Of a stretch of 64,000 nt of DNA, positions 23,850 through 37,319 are shown piece by piece. Position numbers and translations under genes: made by a program. The stretch lies in contig JBNRSN020000024.1 in assembly GCA_051313645.2 (NCBI GenBank), positions 30,752,001-30,816,000 on the forward strand. The letters run 5' to 3'. How positions within the stretch are numbered: the first letter of the stretch is position 1; each line of letters begins with the position of its first letter. The DNA is from Centroscyllium fabricii (Eukaryota). The notes beneath the pieces are model-generated. The model was given only the letters and a program-made list of their open reading frames with translations. It did not search any database and was not told where the DNA came from.

Positions 23850-24796
23850 GGGCCAAATTTGATGAAAAAAATAACAGCATGTGAATGTGCAAATCAGCCA
23901 GCAATATGTAGCAAGGAAAACATTCTCCATGAATTGCAAATTGCCACAAGTTGCTGGATAATTTGCGGTGCTCCGCTCCATCTCGCCTTTAACTTTCCCA
24001 TGAGTTTCATGAAGTTGCTGCATTTGCACATTAATTGCCCATTAAAATTGCCACACAGTTAAGTTTTGTAATCAGTACAATAAGTACCCTTTTAACAACA
24101 TGATACAGGAAACTCTCTTTTAACCGGCATCTAAATATCTGGAAATCTCTCAAGCGGCAAAATTCAGGGGTAGGTTCAGGTAAGTTTAACTATTAGTGGC
24201 CGTGTAACCCGGGTTTCTGGATCTGTGGCCGTGTAACCGGGTCTCCTGCACAAGTGCCGTGTAACCGAGGCTCCTACACCTGTGGCCGTGTACGGGGCTC
24301 TCGTACCTTGCTAAGTATACCTCTCTGTAATCCGGACTTTTTGATCAACTGGCACCACGCCGGTCCCGTCAGTGCCGGATAAAAATAGAGTTCCCTGTAA
24401 TTGATAATTACTGCTAATCAATCTCTCTGGCCCAGAAAGGGAACAATTTAATGTGGAGGTGGCAAAATTGTTCTTAAAAAAAAATTTACGTCCATTTTTT
24501 TCTTTCTTAATCCAATCTTTCTTTCCATCTCTATTTCTCTCTGTACCTGATTTAACATTGAATTCACCCTCCTTCTCGGTCCTTCCTCTGTTTATTCCTC
24601 AATCCTTAAATCTCACTGGTTAAGGAAATACACAGTTTGTCCCATTGTTCACTAAAGTCCTAGATGCCCTGCTGTCCTCACCAAGCTGTACTTCCAGCAA
24701 CTTAAATGGCAAAACATTTTTGAGCTGAAGGGTGCAGGCAAACGTTTAACTAACCAGGCACGCTGCGATATGCTCTGCTCCAGCAAATTCCAGCCC
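23850..24796. mobile_element. Non-autonomous DNA transposon (PIF/Harbinger-like)
   Basis: Imperfect TIRs GGGCCAAATTTG / CAAATTCCAGCCC; 3-bp TSD ATT; minisatellite resumes after it. Confidence 0.6.
24106..24397. mobile_element. Tc1/mariner-type MITE nested in the above
   Basis: TIR CAGGAAACTCT...AGAGTTCCCTG, TA TSD, internal ~32-bp repeats gtggccgtgtaacc. Confidence 0.85.
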
Positions 24797-25519
24797 ATTA
24801 TATCTCTCACACTGTGGCTCAGAGTTCCTTTATGTACATATTATATCTCACACACACTGGTTCCAGTGCTGCTCATGTATATATTACATTATACACGTCA
24901 TGGTCCCGGGTCCCTTGTGTAAATACTACATTACACACACCCTATGGTTCCAATGCCAGTCGTGTAAATTTCACATTGGTGGCTTCAGTAGGGATGTTGT
25001 CTCCACCAGCTATCCCTCTGAACTGCTGGCCCTTTTTGTGACAGGAAGTTTAAAGTGGAGGGATGATTTCCAAAAGTAGGAACACCCTTTCATTATTCCA
25101 CACCTGATGCTCAAGAACATTTAATAGGAACAGGAGTAGGCCATTCAGCCATTCAAGCCTGTACTGCCATTCAATGAGATAATGGCGGAACTGTACCTCC
25201 GCTCCATTTACCTGCCTTGGTCCGTATCTCTCAATACCCTTACCCAACAGAAATCTATCGATCTGACTGTGACTAGCTGAACAGTGTTTGTACAGTGCAG
25301 CTGACTCTCAGTATCTTGTAGAGTGAGACACAGGGAACTGTAGAGGGTGGGGAGCAGCCAGTGAGTGGCAGAGGGTAGAGCAGGGGGGACTGGGGTGTGG
25401 AAAATTTTAGGGAGCAGGGTGCAGCCAGTGACTGGTAGAGCATGGAGTAGCAGGCTTGAGGGAGCGAGGTGTAGAAAGTGACTTGCACAGCATGCAGTAG
25501 GGGACGGTGGGGAGTTGAC

Positions 25520-25945
25520 CATTCAGCCCCTCAAACCTATCCGGCCATTCAGCCCCTCGGACTTATTGTGCCACTCAATTAGAATATCTACCTGCACTTG
25601 TAACCCTTCATAACCTTGCCTAACAAAAATCTAATCTCAGTTTCGAAATTTTCAATTGACCTAGCTTCAACAGCTTTTTGGGGAAGAGTGTTCCAGATTT
25701 CTACTACCCTATGTGTGAAGAAGTGCTTCCTGACATCACCCCTCAAACAGCCTAGCTCTAATTTTAAGGTAATACCCCCTTGTTCTGGACTTCCCCACCA
25801 GAGGAAATAGTTTCTCTGTCCTATCAAATCTTTTAATCGTAAACACCTCAATTAGATCACCCCCCAAGTCTTCTATATGTAAGGGAACATAAGCCTTATG
25901 CAACTTATCATAATTTGACCCTTTTAGTCCCGGTATCATTATGCA
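25520..25945 (-). mobile_element. CR1 3' fragment
   Basis: GDVRKHFFTHRVVEIWNTLP. Confidence 0.8.
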
Positions 25946-25982
25946 ACTCAAAAATTTGAAAAAGTCAAAATGATAATCATGA

Positions 25983-26375
25983 CATAGAAACATAGAAACT
26001 AGGAGCAGGAGTAGGCCATTCGGCCCTTCGAGCCTGCTCCGCCATTCAATGAGATCATGGCTGATCATCCAAACCCAGTACCCCGCCCCTGCCCTCTCCC
26101 CATATCCCTCGATCCCTATCGAGCCTCCATCAACACATATCTCACCCCATCCCCGTAACCCCACCTATTTAATCCCCCTAACACTAAGGGTCAATTTATC
26201 ATGGCCAATCAACCTAACCCCGCACATCTTTGGACTGTGGGAGGAAACCGGAGCACCCGGAGGAAACCCACGCAGACACGGGGAGAATGTGCAAACTCCA
26301 CACAGATAGGACCCGAGGCTGGATTTGAACCCGGGTCTCCAGTGCTGTGAGGCAACAGTGCTATCCACTGTGCCA
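25983..26375 (-). mobile_element. V-SINE with long CR1 tail
   Basis: Near-identical to 20602-21003. Confidence 0.9.
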
Positions 26376-26676
26376 CTGTGACACATGCATAAACTATATA
26401 AGAATGCATTAAAAGGACATTCATTACTGATGTTGAAAAGTAGCTCAAGCCTATTCAGTTGCAAACTAAATGGTAATTAAAGTCTTTAAATATATTCTGC
26501 TGTACACATGGGTCTTAGGAAGGAATTCTGTGGTAATGTGCAGGCAAGGGGTTCTACCCTGATCATCATACTGACAGACAGCCCATACACCACTTAAATG
26601 AAATCTAAATGGGTTTGGACCCTGATCCAATTCTAGCAGGCAATCAGCGTCCACAATGGGGTGTCCATTCAAAATA

Positions 26677-27019
26677 CAGGAAACTCTTGTTTTAACGGCA
26701 CCTAAATATCCAGAATTCTCTATTAACCGGCAAAACTCTCATCCGAAAACAGCACCTCAATAACCAGCAATGTTTCAGAGTCCGAGTCTCCTGTGGTGGT
26801 GGAGTTAATCAGTGGGGGTAGTTCTCCAAACTGCCACAATCCACATCCATTTAACACAACATTCTGTAGGGGAGTACCCAATTACTGTATACTGCACATG
26901 TCTTGATTTTTTTTATTTTTCTTTGTTTAAAAATAGCCTCAGTAGATAACCCTCTCCGTTATCCAGAAATTTTTGATAAACTGGCAACACGCCGGTCCCG
27001 GATATCAAAGAGTTTACTG
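26677..27019. mobile_element. Tc1/mariner-type MITE (same TIR family as 24106)
   Basis: CAGGAAACTCTT...AAGAGTTTACTG, TA TSD. Confidence 0.8.
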
Positions 27020-27228
27020 TACACAAGTGCTTTGTAAAAACCAATCACGCTCATCCATTTTATCCACAGAAACAAAATATAAACAGAATGGATGTCATGG
27101 ACTCTTCTGACTAGGGAGTAGTCATGACTGTCAAGTTATTGATGCTGTGTAGAAGACACTTCCAACTTGCTGATGGGGTAAAAAGCCAATACTATAAGTT
27201 ATGAAAAGCAAACCAACTCCACTTTATA

Positions 27229-29692
27229 TTCAATTCAATTTTTATTGTCATTGCAGAGTACTAGCACAATACAACGAGACGAAGACTCGACTCTCCCGAG
27301 AGTAGTGCAAATAAATTACATGCAAATTGCATACAGTAAAGTACATTATCAGGCGTGCAGGTACCGGAGTTTATTTTTTTTAAATTTTTTTAAGAGTTCA
27401 GGAGGCTGACAGCCCTGGGGAAGAAGCTGTTCTGAAATCGAGTCGTGCGGGTGCGAATTGCTCTGTAGCGTCTCCCGGAGGGCAGGGGGGTGAACAGACT
27501 GTGGCTGGGGTGTGTGGGGTCTTTAATAATATTCAGAGACCTCCGTAAGCAGCGTTTGAGGTAGATGCCTTCCATTGACGGTAGCTGGGTACCGGTGATT
27601 CGTTGGGCAGTTTTGACTACCCGCTGCAGGGTTTTCCGGTCCAAGATAGTGCAATTTCCATACCAGACAGTGATGCAGCTTGTCAGTATGCTTTCTATTG
27701 TGCAGCGGTAGAAGTTGGAGAGGATGCCGGATGACAGCCTGGCTTTCTTCAGCTTCCTTAGGAAGTACAGGCGCTGTTGGGCCTTCTTAACCAGAGAGGA
27801 GGTATTTAGTGACCAGGAGAGATCTTCTGAGATGTGGAGCCCGAGGAACTTGAAGCTGGACACCCTTTCCACCTCAGCCCCTTGGATGAAGATGGGGGTG
27901 TGTCTTCTGCTTCCAGTCCTCCGGAAGTCCACTATGATCTCCTTAGTTTTCTTGGTGTTCAGTGCCAGGTTGTTGTCGGCACACCAACCCACAAGGCGCT
28001 GGATCTCATCCCTGTAGGCTGACTCGTCGTTGTTGGTGATCTGGCCAACCACCGTGGTGTCATCCGCAAACTTGATGATCGTGTTGGAGCCATGGACAGC
28101 CGCACAGTCGTGAGTGAAGAGGGAGTAGAGGAGGGGGCTCAGCACACAACCTTGTGGGGCCCCCATGTTCAGGGTAAGGCGGGGGAGGTGAGGTTGCCTA
28201 ACTTCACAGACTGTGGTCTGTTGGTTAGGAAGTCCAGGGTCCAGTTGCAGAGGGAGGTGTTCAGGCCGAGGGTGAGGAGTTTGGTAGACAATTTGCTGGG
28301 GACGATGGTGTTGAATGCTGAGCTGTAGTCAATAAACAGCATTCTGATATACGTATCTTTGCTATCCAGGTGGTTTAGTGCAGAGTGAAGAGCCGTAGTG
28401 ATAGCATCTTCTGTAGATCTTTTCCCACGGTAGGCGAACTGGTATTGGTCCAGGGCGGCGGGGATGCTGGCTTTGATGTGGGCCAGGACCAGCCGCTCGA
28501 AACACTTCATGATAATGGATGTAAGTGCGACAGGGCGGTAGTCGTTCAGGCACGTCACGGCCGTTTTCTTGGGCACAGTGATGATGGTGGCGGTCTTGAA
28601 GCAGATAGGGACAGCTGCCTTCGCCAGTGACAGGTTGAAGATGTCAGTGAAGACTTCAGCCAGTTGGTTGGCACATTCTTTGAGTGCCCGGCCGGGGATG
28701 CCATCAGGACACGCGGCCTTCCGTGCGTTCACTCTACGTAGAGCACCTCTAACGTCGGAGCAGGACAGTGTTAATGGCTGGTCTTCTGGGGATTGCAGGA
28801 CTTTGGTGGCTGGCTCCCTGTTGTCCCTGTCGAAGCGAGCGTAGAAGTTGTTGAGTTCCTCCGGTAGGGAAGCATCGCCGGTCGGGGGGCTGGTGTTTCT
28901 GCACTTGTAGTCTGTGATGGACTGTATGCCTTGCCACATACGTCGAGGGTCCGAGTTGTTGTGAAAGTGTTCCTCTATCTTCAGTGTCTGATTTTGTTTG
29001 GCAGACCTGATACCCCTCTTTAGGTTGGCCCTGGCTATGCTGTAAGCCGCCACATCCCCAGATTTTAAAGCTGTGTCACGCGCCTTCAGCAGCGAGCGGT
29101 CCTCCCCGTTCATCCAGGGTTTCTGGTTGGGGAATGTCTTGATGGTTTTTTGGGTAGTGACCACCTCGACACAGCTGTTGATGTAAAAAAGCACTGTGGA
29201 TGCGTATTCCTCGATGTCCGTGTGAGCGAACATGCTCCATTCAGTGCGTTCAAAGCAGTCTTGTAGCTCCGAGACTGCCCCTTCTGGCCATACCATGACT
29301 GTTTTGGTTGAAGCTTTCACCCTTTTGATGAGTGGTTTGTATGCTGGGGCGAGGAACAGTGAAAGGTGGTCGGAATTCCCGAGGTGGGGGCACGGGATGG
29401 CTTTGTAAGCCTCTGCAATGTTGGTGTAGACTTGGTCTAGTGTGTTCTCGCCCCTCGTGGGGCAGGAGACATTCTTGTGAAATTTTGGTAGCACCGATTT
29501 GAGGTTAGCGTGGTTGAAGTCCCCCGCCACGATAAAGGCTCCCTCAGGATGCTCGGTCTGCTGCTCGCTGATGGCCCTGTGGAGATCTTTGAGTGCCAGT
29601 TTGGTATGTAGACCGCAGTGAAGATGACGGCCGTAAATTCCCGAGGCAGGTAGAAGGGTCTGCACTTTACAGTGAGGAATTCCAGATCGGCG
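27229..29692 (-). mobile_element. Rex1/Babar-clade LINE, 5'-truncated, young
   Basis: 498-aa and 258-aa ORFs: AGDFN, TLDQVY, SDH endonuclease end; DYSSAFNTI, GAPQGCVLSPLLYSL, KFADD; KKAQQRLYFLRKL; (TTGAA)n tail; TATA flanks. Confidence 0.92.
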
Positions 29693-30984
29693 TATAATGG
29701 AGGAACCACCTCAGTTTAGACACTTAAAGCAGGAGTAACATAAACAAAATGACCATTGAGTTTCCTGACTATATGTTCCCCTCACCAGAGGTTACTCTCA
29801 TTCGCATAAACGTCTGTGACATTCTTTTTTAAATGAATTTGTTCAAATGTTACTGAATGTTGGGTCATCTCTTGTAATTGCTTCCATTGCATGGAGTCAA
29901 TATTATGGACAGTCACCTACACCTTTCAAAACAGCAACAGAAAGGTTTAAATCTTTAATATGATCAATATCTAACAGATCCCACTGGTGGACCAGCACTA
30001 TAAACCGAGATTAAACTAATCACTGGATATTAGGAGGTTTTAGAATTCCAGCCCTTTTATCATTAGCCAACAGACCTTCCTACTTTCTACATTTTCCCAC
30101 ATATTTACATTCAATTCCCCCATTTCCTAATACCGCCCTCTGTTCCTCTTTTGGTTGTTATGAATGTTCTGTTACAGAATCACAAACCACCACTCCCCAG
30201 GTTAGGTGATAACATGGATTAAGCGTTGACCATAACGCTTGCACCTCTCAACCATTTACATTTAATGGGATATCCCAGCATTACACATCATCACTGAGAA
30301 GAACAGTGGTGTGCAAGGCTCCCAAGCAACCAAAACCAGCTGAATTGCTAGTTCTACAGAGTGCTAGCACTCCCGCCTGAAGCACTGACCTGAATTCCAG
30401 CCTTTCAACACATTATAGATTGAAGCATGGTTACACTAATTGTTTCAGATTTCAGCATGGAGTGGATTTAATTTTTAAACACATTCCATTCAACCATCTC
30501 CCTGGATTTAGTAGGTTGTGAACACAGCCTCGCTGATTCAGCAGTACAGAAATACATGTAGTAAAGGTATTTTCTGTCATGAACATTTGTCCATTTAGGA
30601 CTGATGTAAAGGCAGTGATGACAGAACCTGATCTTGGGAACTGAAAAGTACTGAAGATTTGGACAGGTCCTTCACAATGCCCCTGTTCCATATATACTTC
30701 AAGGTCGTGCTTCACCTTGAGCTTTTCTGCTTTGCTATCATTTAATTACAGAAAATGCAGCATATTCCAGTGCATACCCATCTGTTGCTGCATAATCGTT
30801 CCAACTACTTAGTACAAGATGGAGGAAAATGGGACAGGGTGGGTAAATGTGATAAGGACTATTCGCATGAAGAGCGAACACTGACTGGTTGGGCCAAATG
30901 GCCTATTGCCGTGTTGTAATTTGTATGCACGAGAATCTTAACACACAGGTTGGTCCATCTGCATCTCCTTACGAGCTTTCTTGT

Positions 30985-31275
30985 ACAGAGGGAAAAAATA
31001 TTCCCTCTGGCGAGTGGGTCAATAACTAGAGGTCATGGATTCAAAATCATTAGAAACAGATCTAGAGGGGAGATGCAGAGAAATGTTTTCAGAGAGTTGT
31101 CGGGAACTGGAACTCTCTACCTGAAAAGGTGGTGGAGGCGGATTCCATAAATAATTTTAAAACGGTACTTGAGGATGAGGAACTTACAGGGTTACAGACA
31201 ACAAGCGGGAATGTAGGACGAAGAACTGGCACAACGGGTTAAATGGCCTCCTTCTGTGCTATAGGTTTCTATAAT
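30985..31275 (+). mobile_element. CR1 3' fragment
   Basis: FPLASGSITRGHGFK and ttctat tail. Confidence 0.75.
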
Positions 31276-31754
31276 TCTACATCAGATGGTTTAACAATGT
31301 GAAACAAGGACAAGATGTCTCTCAAAGTTGACCCTGTTTTTTGTTTGGGGAACAGAAAGATGTAGTGGAAGATGGAACGAAGTACAACAGGCAAGTCAGA
31401 GCTCTCTCTCGAAGCAGCTCAATTTCAAATGAAGAATTAACAAGAGTTCCAGGTGATAGGGCTGTCTGGGTCTGTGCTCTGAAAAGCAGGCAGATATGAT
31501 GGGTGGAGGTTCTTCTGCTAAAAAACCATAAAAACTTCTTACAATGTTACAGAATGCTGAGGTGCAGCAACGTCCTGGAATTAAGTCAGAAGTGTGAGAA
31601 ACTCTTGCGCCTTTCTGGACAACATCTAGCCACACCTGTACGATACTTGACAAGATGGGTATGGTGTCATCCAATCCCTCTGGTTTTAATAGCTTTCAAT
31701 TTTACCAAATTAAGGAGTAAGCAACGGATTTCTTTTGTATCCTTCCAAACATGG

Positions 31755-32350
31755 CTACAGCCAGAGAAGAACAGGGCCACTAGACACAGACACCACCACA
31801 TAGCTAAAGTGCAAAGACATTGTACAGATACAATAGAGTGAGAGGTGTTCAGGATCATCATGCAAGGATGCTGCACAGCCAGAGCAAGGAGGGGCCACAA
31901 TACAAATACTGTACAGCTGGAGAAGGGTGGTTCAGTGTATACAGATATTGCAGAGCCAGAGATTTAAGATGGGTGGGGGGGGAAAAAAAAATCACTATAT
32001 AGATATCGCATAGCCAGAGGATCGTTGACCAGAACAGAATGGGGTCACTTTCTGTGGACACTGTGCAGCTAAAGGATGAGGCCATTGTATAAGGATAGTA
32101 TTCAGCCAGAGAAAGGAGAAGTCATTGTACACATATATTGCACTGTAGAACACACAGGTGGCAGCGGTCACTAGGACTGAACCCTTCAAGAACAACTGCT
32201 TCTAAAGATGTACAATATCGGTGTACTGTACAGTACCCACTTCTACATCTGTACAGCATCAGTGTACACAGCTCTGCTGCAATTATGCACAATGACTCCC
32301 CTCTACCTCTGTAGTTTTGGTGTGCAGTGATGCCTGCTACAGCTGCACTA
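31755..32350. repeat. Highly degenerate ~38-40-bp minisatellite
   Basis: Recurrent cact.tacagata.tgcacagccagag units. Confidence 0.55.
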
Positions 32351-33107
32351 TACTTCCAATCTTTCCTGATACATTTTAAATATTGCATTTTACTTTTGTG
32401 CTAGTTAATTTAAAACTTTATCATTTGGATCTGTCCGTGGGTATCAACCTTCCAGTTGCACTGTGTAAAATGTTGTCATATTCACTTGATTCAACAACCG
32501 CCAATCTGAAGCAATCACTGCAAGGCTAACCTGAAGGCAGCCATTTGATCAAAGTTTCAGGATATAATGGCTAATGCTTATCCTTCTTTAAAACTATGAA
32601 GGATTCTGCCTCCTTCTGCTTTGACACAGAAGATCAGTGACCTATGGCAATTGCATTGGCCTGTCTGGCATTTCAAAAATATGAACACATAATATCACTG
32701 GTGTACAAGGTCACCATGAAATCTGCATGCTGTTGCAGAATCTGTTCTTGCTGGCAAGTGTGATCCTCTTGAAATGGTCTGACTTTGGAATACAGACAGC
32801 TGTTTACGTGCTTGTTTGCAAGGATGAGAAGTACTACCTGGCACTTGCATTAAGGACCCCTTCTATTTCACCCTGTACTGTATTTAGTGACTTTCATCTC
32901 AACTGCAACAGGTTAACTCCAAAATCTGTGTTCACCTAATGGATATCCAGCTGTTATTCAAAATGAGATTTAGTGAATGACATGTAATCCAAAACCAAAT
33001 TTGAAATGTTGCTATTTATACATCATCATTCATTCAAGAAGTATGGAAAATATATTGAGAATCAACAAGGGATGTGCGGGTACTGCAGTGCAAGTTTAAT
33101 ATACAGA

Positions 33108-33547
33108 AAGAAAAAAGGACGTGCATTTATATAGCACCTTTCACAACCTCAGGCTATCCTAAAATGCTTTACAACAAATTAAGGACTTTTGAAGTGTAGT
33201 CACTGTTGTAGTGTAGGAAACGAGGCAGCAAGCTCCTTAAAACAGTAATGGCCAAATTATTTGTTTTTAAATGTTGTTTGCGGGATAAAAATTGGCCAGG
33301 ACTCCAGGAAGAACGCCCCTGATCTTCTTCAAATAGAACCGTGGGTTCTTTTATGTTCACCTGAGAAGATGGGGCCTCGGTTTAACATCTCATCTGAAAG
33401 ACAGCATCTCCAACAGTGCAGCATTCCCTCAATACTGCACTGGAGTGGCAGCTTAGGTTCTGTGCTCAAGTCTCCAGAGTGGGGCTTGAACCCACAACCC
33501 TCTGACCCAGACAAGAGTGTGCTACCCACTGAGCCACAGCTGACACT
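33108..33547 (-). mobile_element. Deu-domain SINE (SacSINE1/AmnSINE-like) with L2-type tail
   Basis: tRNA head (GGTTCAAGCCC), Deu core TTTCAGATGAGATGTTAAACCGAGGCCCC, tail aaaggtgctatataaatgca. Confidence 0.85.
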
Positions 33548-35634
33548 AGTGCAGAGTGCAGTGGCAATGCTCCCTGCAATTGCTGTGGTTGACATAATTG
33601 CTCGGCTTAGTGCTGTGAACATCAGTTATGCAGTGCAGTTGGTGTGCTTGGTACAGTTGCTTTTGTTTCTTCATCACTCACGTGTACAGTTCAGGTTTTA
33701 AGGACAGATTGGAGCGATCTTCAGGTATTTTTGATAAGTGACCAGACCCTTGGAATATTGGGGCACATATGGAGGTATCACTCATTACATCATCCTTTTT
33801 AACACTTGGTTAAAGGATTTATAATCAGAGTATTTTTGTGGTCCTTGCTGAGTGTTTCATCATTTCAAGATCACAAAAGGCGCTTGGACAGTTTATCGCT
33901 GCATCATTTGTGTCACAAAGAGCAGAATCAGCAATGATGGCACCTGTAACAAATTATCCAACAGCAGCTGATGTTTGGAACAATCACTGGCTGCAATGAA
34001 ATTTCACAGCAAGATTGATTATGGCTCTATCCCTTAAATCATTTTCAGCTCTGTTAAGTCCTTCATCTGTCCGGTCCACCTATTTCCTAGCATTGGCATG
34101 AGGTTGATCCAACATTATATACACATTCTGTAGTAATGCTACAGAAGCAGCAGTGCCACTTTATACCCAAAGGACACTGTACCCTTAGCGCACACATTTT
34201 CCCAACTCAACTTCTCTATTTCGGGGATAAAAGTTCCGACAGTCTCCACCCAAAACATTCAGACGTTGACCACACAATGTGTTCAAAACATTCCACTTTT
34301 ATTTATACAAATTGAACTGAAGTTAACTAATTAACTCACAGCACACTGCCGACTCTCACTCTTTGTAGCCCACATCCATCCCATCAAGGTAGCCCAGATT
34401 TTGCAAGGCCGAAGACTGCGTACGCAACACTGTATGCCATCGCAAGCTCTCAGAATGGCCCCGCAAGTTCCAGGTTTCAGCATGCGCGATAACCTGCAAC
34501 TTGCCATCCGTCAAGGTTCGCCTTGACAGATCATTCGCACGCACCCCAAAAACATTGCTGGCGCAGAATTGGACTATTTTCCCAACTACTGCCCACGAAA
34601 CCTATACGCCTGGAAAAATCAGGTGTAAGGCCTGCTTTTACCAGTGTAAGAGTTCAAATAAATGTTAAATAAAAATTTATAAAATGATTAAAACATAAAA
34701 ACATTTAAAATTAGTTCATGTCAATTTTGGACCTGATTAAAAGTTATTATTTCAAAAAAATTTTTTTTTATTTTAAATGCTTAATCAAAGGGACTTAATT
34801 CATTTTGAACATGGGAATATTTTTTATTAGAATTGCGCTTTTTTTTTTATTTGGGGATTTCTCATAAGCTTATGGAGATTCCGTTCGTAAATGAAATTCC
34901 CCTATAAGCTCATGAGGAATCGCCCTTTCTAATTGGCTGGCCTGGCCCACATGATCCCAGGGACACTTCTGAACCGCCTGTGTCCCTGGGCCTTTACACA
35001 GGCGTACACCTGGAGGCCCAGGACCTGAAGACTCCAAAGCCTGCAAGTAGGTTCGGATATTTTTCCCTCCTGGGTCGGAGGCGTACCTCCGGAGTTACGC
35101 CTCCGACCGCAAATTTCAGTCCATTATTTTATTTGCCACATTCCTGGGACTGGAGCAGCCCTGTCTTTAAGCGAACACACTTCGGAACGGAGAAGACAGC
35201 AAGGTTAATTCGGCACTCTCCGCAGAAAACTGCAATTGCAGAGAGTGCGGGTCGGAGTATGGTGCGCTGACCGCAAGTGCAAAAATAACTACTATCTGCC
35301 ATGTGGACTAAACGTGGCCTGTGAAGTACTGAATGTCAAAAACAGTTCCTACCCACAGCATTTAAATCCATTTACTTTGGTCACATTTTTAATCACGATA
35401 TACAAATGACACATTATGGGGAAAAGGCTAAAATCCAGTTTATTCACAGAGTGAGGAATTCCAAAGGTCTACAATTGAAACAAAAGATCAACTTTTTCTC
35501 CTTAGGCACTGAATCTTTCTGCAGCAGTTTCACTGGCACTTACACGGTCAGATACCGGTACCTCACTCAAGTGAGTGATTCATTATCTGTGATCTTAGAC
35601 TGTAACCGTCCAGCAGGTCGTTCAACTGGTAGTA

Positions 35635-36390
35635 CAGGTTCACAATCCCTTATCCCAAACCCTTGGGGCCAGATGGGTTTCGGATTTTGGAATTTTTCGG
35701 AACGGTAGCAGTTTGGTTTGCATGCGAGGCCTCGGGTTGCCGCCCACAGCCAGCCAGATCGAGACACTGCAACAGTCGGCCGCACAGAAGGAGGAGGGAG
35801 GAATCACGGGGATTTCAGTATCGGCCGCAGAAGCAAGGGGTCTGAGGACGATCACGGGCCGGGAAGCGGTCACAGAAGCACAGGGTGAGGCTCTAAATTA
35901 ATTTTAGGGTTATTACCATTCTTGTGCATGGTTTAGATATCATAATTAAAGCTTCCAGTAGGAAATAATTCTTCATTCAACCCATTCCCCAAACTATGCA
36001 TAATGCACTCACCAAAGCATTAAGAATTTAAATTAAAACAAGATAGCTATACATATGACGATGCAATTCCCTTTGCCCTGCATTCTCCGCTCAAGTAATT
36101 CTCTCCTTCCTCCTTACACTCTAAGCACCCCTTCTAGTCCAAAACGGTGGGTAGATGACCGATTCTCACACCTCTGCTCTTCCCACTCTCAATTCTTCTT
36201 TTAAATAACCACTATTTTCCTTTAGCTCCCCTTCATCCAAATTTCTAAACTTGACTGCTGTTCTCTAGTCTTTCCCTTTCTTGGGCTGAGATTCTCTCTT
36301 TTCTCCACACTCCAACTCGGGTCACGAAAAAACCTTCGGTTTTCGGAGCTTTTCGGTTTTCGGAATTGCGGATAAGGGATTGTGTATCTG
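35635..36390. mobile_element. Tc1/mariner (Tigger-like) non-autonomous element
   Basis: TIR CAGGTTCACAATCCCTTATCC / GGATAAGGGATTGTGTATCTG, TA TSD, subterminal TTTTCGG repeats. Confidence 0.88.
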
Positions 36391-36682
36391 TACAGCCGAG
36401 CTTCATTATGTTTTCATTGGACATCTACAAACGTGCTTTATAGACAGCAACACTGAATAGAGATCGGGGATTTCTGTCCGACAACTTTTCCCTGCCATAG
36501 CCACCAAGTGTTGAGACCAAATACAGCATTCCATCTGCTGCTCCAGCTGAGGTCAGCCAACGCAGCACCAACACAGGATCGTGCCTGAAACCTTGGTGCT
36601 TCATTTACTTCCGAGGGCAAAAATGCCTTAATGCTACCCAGAGAAAGACAGTATGACCAGACTTACCTAAACAACAGAAGCT

Positions 36683-37116
36683 AAAAAAGAAAAAAAAAGA
36701 CTTGCAGTTATATATCACCTTTCACGATCTCAGGACGTTCCAAAGTGCTCAACAGCAAATGAAGTACTTAGGAAGTGTAATCACTGTTGCAATCACTGTT
36801 GTAATGTCGGAAACGCAGTAGCAAATTTGCGCACAGCAAGGTCCCACAAATAGCAATGTAATAATGACCAGATAATCTGTTTTGGTGATGTTGGTTGAGG
36901 GATAAATATTGGCCAGGATACCAGGAAGAATTCCCCTGCTCTTCTTCGAAACAATGCCATGGGATCGTTTATGTCCACCAAAAGGGAAGACGGGGCTTCA
37001 ATTTAACATCTCATCCGAAAGATGGTACCTCCAACAGCGCAGCACTCCCTCAGCACTGCACTGGAGTGTCAGCCTAGCTTTTGTACTCCAGTCTCTGGAG
37101 TGGGACTTGATCCCAC

Positions 37117-37147
<31 letters not shown>

Positions 37148-37167
37148 ATTGAGCCACAGCGGACACC
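36683..37167 (-). mobile_element. Deu-domain SINE
   Basis: Colinear with 33108-33547. Confidence 0.85.
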
Positions 37168-37319
37168 CAAAACAAATTGAGCAGGCTGGGAGAGTAACCT
37201 ACTACAATATAAGGGGCTGCAGAGTAAAGGTTTAAGACTGCGTGTTGAACAATACCTAGAATATCAACTCGCTGACAAATCTATTTTGAAAACAAATACT
37301 TTGGACTGATCCTTGCACA

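Larger units (their letters stand above)
23341..24975. repeat. Degenerate ~40-bp minisatellite (also at 15280-15357), interrupted by transposons
   Basis: Recurrent tacattatattacacacac..gtggttccag..ccc.tgtg units. Confidence 0.7.

Noticed and set aside
31995-32388. Hydrophobic or Cys-rich ORFs suggesting a nested membrane-protein gene
   Set aside because: They fall in a degenerate minisatellite
34390-35122. Possible Harbinger-like non-autonomous element
   Set aside because: The right end resembles the TIR at 24796, but the left TIR and TSD are too degenerate to call
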